Positions 16,264-18,914 of a DNA stretch of 18,914 bases are shown here, piece after piece (the stretch's first letter is position 1; each line of letters starts with the position of its first letter). The position numbers and the translations under genes were made by a program. The DNA is from Bdellovibrionota bacterium. Lineage in GTDB: Bacteria > Bdellovibrionota_C > UBA2361 > OMIW01. The DNA lies in the NCBI GenBank assembly GCA_044345055.1, contig JBIJBT010000055.1:1-18914 (forward strand). Reading direction: 5' to 3'. A model generated the notes under the pieces. That model saw only the letters and a list, made by a program, of their open reading frames with translations, ran no database searches and had not been told where the DNA came from.

Positions 16264-18087
16264 ATGACTGAACTCTCTCCCTACAACTCTCTTGCCGAAG
16301 CGTTTAGCGCAGTTGTTGCTGAGCGTGCGGAGGATTCGGCTTACCTTTACATCGACTCCGATGGGGCTCGACAAGAGAGAAGCTATCGGGAGGTGTCTGA
16401 ACGGGTAAACAAGATTGCTCATTTTCTTCGGGCCCAGGGAGTTACTAACGGAACACGTGTCGCAATTATTAGTAATACTAGACCAGAATGGAGTGAAACC
16501 GATCTTGCGATTGTGTGGCTCGGCGGAATTACAGTTTCAGTTTATCCATCTCTCCCCTCTCATGATGTTGGGATTATACTAGCTGACTCGGGAGCTGAGA
16601 TTATATTTGCGGAAAATGAGGAACAGGTCGAGAAGCTCGAATCGCTGCGGGCCAATCCTATCGTTATTTCAGGCGAGGAAGAGGCTCGTCTCTCGATTCG
16701 GTGCATAGTTTCTTTCGAGGCCGTTGAAAAATATACGGTCGATGCCACCCTCGAAACGATCCTCTCCACCGTCGTATCAGATACAGTTCCTATTGCCTCA
16801 ATGCAACGTGGTGATCTTGCCTCGCTCGTTTACACCTCTGGAACAACGGGAGTTCCAAAAGGTGTGATGCAAACTCATCGGAATCATCTCTCGAATGTCG
16901 TTCAGGCCGCTGAATCAGGAGCATTTGGTCTTGATGGCATACTTTTTCTTTACCTACCTCTTGCTCACTCATTTGCGCGACTAATTCATTGGTTAGGACT
17001 TCTTACACCTGCTCGGGTTTTGTACACTCGAGTTCCAAACAAGAAACGATCCGTTGTTGATCTTTCTGCGGTAAGCAATGACCTGCGTCTCGGGGGGGCT
17101 CATTATGTGCCATCAGTGCCCCGATTATTTGAAAAAATACAGACTCAGGTAGAGCGAATGAGCGCTCAGCGGTCCCTTAAGGGATTCTTTTTGCGGCTCA
17201 CCCTCTGGGCCGCAAAGTACCATCGACCAGCAAGCAAACCTCCGCCTCTTTTAGCTCAGATTGTCTACTCTGGTACTGAAGCGGTTCGACGCGCCATTCG
17301 AATACAGATATTTGGCGAGAAGTTTCGTCATGCGATTTCGGGTGGGGCGAAGCTACCTATCGGGGTATTTGATTTTTTTGCATCGCTTGAGATACCGATA
17401 CTTGAGGGGTATGGCCTCACCGAAACGTGCGTTGCCACACACGTTAATCGTGTTGGATCTGCAAAACGTGGAACAGTTGGTCCCGCTTTTCGCGGGGTTA
17501 AGACTCAGATTGCTGACGATGGAGAGATTCTCATAAAAGGGCCGAACGTGGCCTTAGGATATTATCAAAAACCAGATGCTACCGCGGATGCGTGGGATGG
17601 AGATGGATGGTTCCACACTGGCGATCTTGGCTCGATAGATCAGGATGGATTCCTTGCAATAACTGGGAGAAAAAAGGAGCTGTTAGTTACTGCCGGAGGA
17701 AAAAAAATTCCAACGCAGAAGATCGAAAATCTTCTTCAGAGTCATTCTCTGGTCAGTCATGCTGTGCTGATTGGAGAGGGACGCCCCTTTTGCAGCGCAC
17801 TTATTACTGTAGATACCCAAATGCTTTCGCTCCTCGCAAAGCAGCTAAAAAAAGAGCTTCCCACCGATCCATCAAAATGTGATTGGCTTTTAAAAGAGCT
17901 CTCGTCACATCTTGCGGTGATAAATAAAGAGCTTGCATCATTTGAACAGGTAAAAAAAATTGCTATCATCGAGCCCGATTTTTCGGTCGATAATGGTCTT
18001 CTCACACCGACTCTAAAGGTTCGCCGCGCTCTCGTTATAGAGAAGTTTTCTAAGCAGATCGATAGCCTCTATGAATCTGGTTCTTAG
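16264..18087 (+). CDS. Long-chain fatty-acid--CoA ligase (AMP-binding, FadD15/FAA1-like)
   Basis: YTSGTTGVPKG, YLPLAHSF, VPRLFEK, SGGAKL, EGYGLTE, GWFHTGDLG, GRKKELLVTAGGK and LTPTLKVRR. Confidence 0.95.
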   Translation: MTELSPYNSLAEAFSAVVAERAEDSAYLYIDSDGARQERSYREVSERVNKIAHFLRAQGVTNGTRVAIISNTRPEWSETDLAIVWLGGITVSVYPSLPSHDVGIILADSGAEIIFAENEEQVEKLESLRANPIVISGEEEARLSIRCIVSFEAVEKYTVDATLETILSTVVSDTVPIASMQRGDLASLVYTSGTTGVPKGVMQTHRNHLSNVVQAAESGAFGLDGILFLYLPLAHSFARLIHWLGLLTPARVLYTRVPNKKRSVVDLSAVSNDLRLGGAHYVPSVPRLFEKIQTQVERMSAQRSLKGFFLRLTLWAAKYHRPASKPPPLLAQIVYSGTEAVRRAIRIQIFGEKFRHAISGGAKLPIGVFDFFASLEIPILEGYGLTETCVATHVNRVGSAKRGTVGPAFRGVKTQIADDGEILIKGPNVALGYYQKPDATADAWDGDGWFHTGDLGSIDQDGFLAITGRKKELLVTAGGKKIPTQKIENLLQSHSLVSHAVLIGEGRPFCSALITVDTQMLSLLAKQLKKELPTDPSKCDWLLKELSSHLAVINKELASFEQVKKIAIIEPDFSVDNGLLTPTLKVRRALVIEKFSKQIDSLYESGS

Positions 18088-18126
18088 CGACTCTGATTCC
18101 TCAATTCCTAGCCAGTAGTTTGCCTT

Positions 18127-18615
18127 ATGGATATTGTTCTTTTCGAGCCTGAAATACCCCAAAATACAGGCTCGATAGCTCGCACCTGTGCGGCAACGCA
18201 AACTCCCCTATGCATCGTTGGCAAGCCATCTTTTGAAATTAGTGATAAGCGGGCTCGTCGTGCGGGGCTTGATTACTGGCCTTATGTCTCGCTTTTATCG
18301 TTTTCTAATTGGGATGCATACAGGGATGCCCGAAAACCTCGCACCATCTGGGCTTTTACGAAATTTGGGACCGTCCCCTATTATAGAGCTCCCTTTTCGG
18401 TCGAAGATGCCCTTCTTTTTGGGGGCGAAACTCGCGGATTGCCACTTTCGATTATCGAAACAATTCCAGAGGAACATCGGCTCTATATTCCGATGGTCTG
18501 TCAAGAAGTTCGAAGTCTCAACCTGAGTAACGCCGCGAACATCGCCCTATATGAGGCCCGCCGCCAGCTCGGTCTCGATGAGGAAGTACCAGTACGGCCT
18601 CGCGAGCGGGGGTAA
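18127..18615 (+). CDS. trmL: tRNA (cytidine/uridine(34)-2'-O)-methyltransferase, SpoU family
   Basis: IVLFEPEIPQNTGSIARTCA, RRAGLDYW, FGGETRGLP and IPM...RSLNLSNA...YEA.RQ. Confidence 0.95.
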   Translation: MDIVLFEPEIPQNTGSIARTCAATQTPLCIVGKPSFEISDKRARRAGLDYWPYVSLLSFSNWDAYRDARKPRTIWAFTKFGTVPYYRAPFSVEDALLFGGETRGLPLSIIETIPEEHRLYIPMVCQEVRSLNLSNAANIALYEARRQLGLDEEVPVRPRERG

Positions 18616-18830
18616 GGTGCTGAGCGATGGTATTAGTGTTCGAGCTTGGTGGAAACATTTTCTGACCTAGAGTAGACTATCGGCCACAAATCTCCCCCTT
18701 CGAGAAATTCGTTAAAAGTTCACCTCCGTGATAGAGCCATTTTTTTAAGGCAATCAAGGGTGAACACAGCAGATGATATCCGTTGAGATTATCTGTGCTG
18801 AGATTTTATGCGCACCGAGGGAGACCGTAA

Positions 18831-18914
18831 TTACTGAGCAGTCGAAATTAGCCCTATGAGCAATTCCTCCTCCGAAACTCCCCTCGCACAATTAAAAAGC
18901 GTGCCTTCTCTAAT
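18831..18914 (-). CDS. Possible 3' end of a minus-strand gene entering from beyond the window
   Basis: 27 open codons from the window edge (IREGTLFNCARGVSEEELLIGLISTAQ) to TAA at 18833-18831. Protein-like but too short to confirm. Confidence 0.3.
   Translation of the reverse strand: MREGTLFNCARGVSEEELLIGLISTAQ

Noticed and set aside
18677..18703. Sigma28-like promoter (CGAAG-N13-GCCGATAG) on the minus strand
   Set aside because: Poor -35 and spacing, and it points antisense into trmL with no downstream gene.

Overview
Bacterial chromosomal window of roughly 48-50% GC by eye; I cannot assign taxonomy. Gene order: 5'-truncated P1B-type ATPase (P1B-5 motifs) > < LL-diaminopimelate aminotransferase-like gene | about 480 bp divergent intergenic region | nitrilase-superfamily omega-amidase > < three-gene glycosyltransferase operon (GT4-TPR fusion, CgeB-like GT, GT4) < unrecognised membrane-anchored protein < PfkB/adenosine kinase < homogentisate 1,2-dioxygenase (hmgA) | large pentapeptide-repeat protein > long-chain acyl-CoA synthetase > trmL >. 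The most striking unexplained feature is a noncoding stretch (about 2544-2919) made almost entirely of back-to-back hairpins. Its core (2583-2840) has imperfect terminal inverted repeats, TAATTA at both ends, and four alternating CCCTGAA copies, making it a candidate MITE and/or structured RNA. Also notable are a stand-alone TPR-glycosyltransferase operon (possible protein glycosylation system), a two-block pentapeptide-repeat protein with unknown flanking domains, and an hmgA with no pathway neighbours. I saw no rRNA, tRNA, CRISPR array or transposase. All calls come from motif recognition, not database searches.
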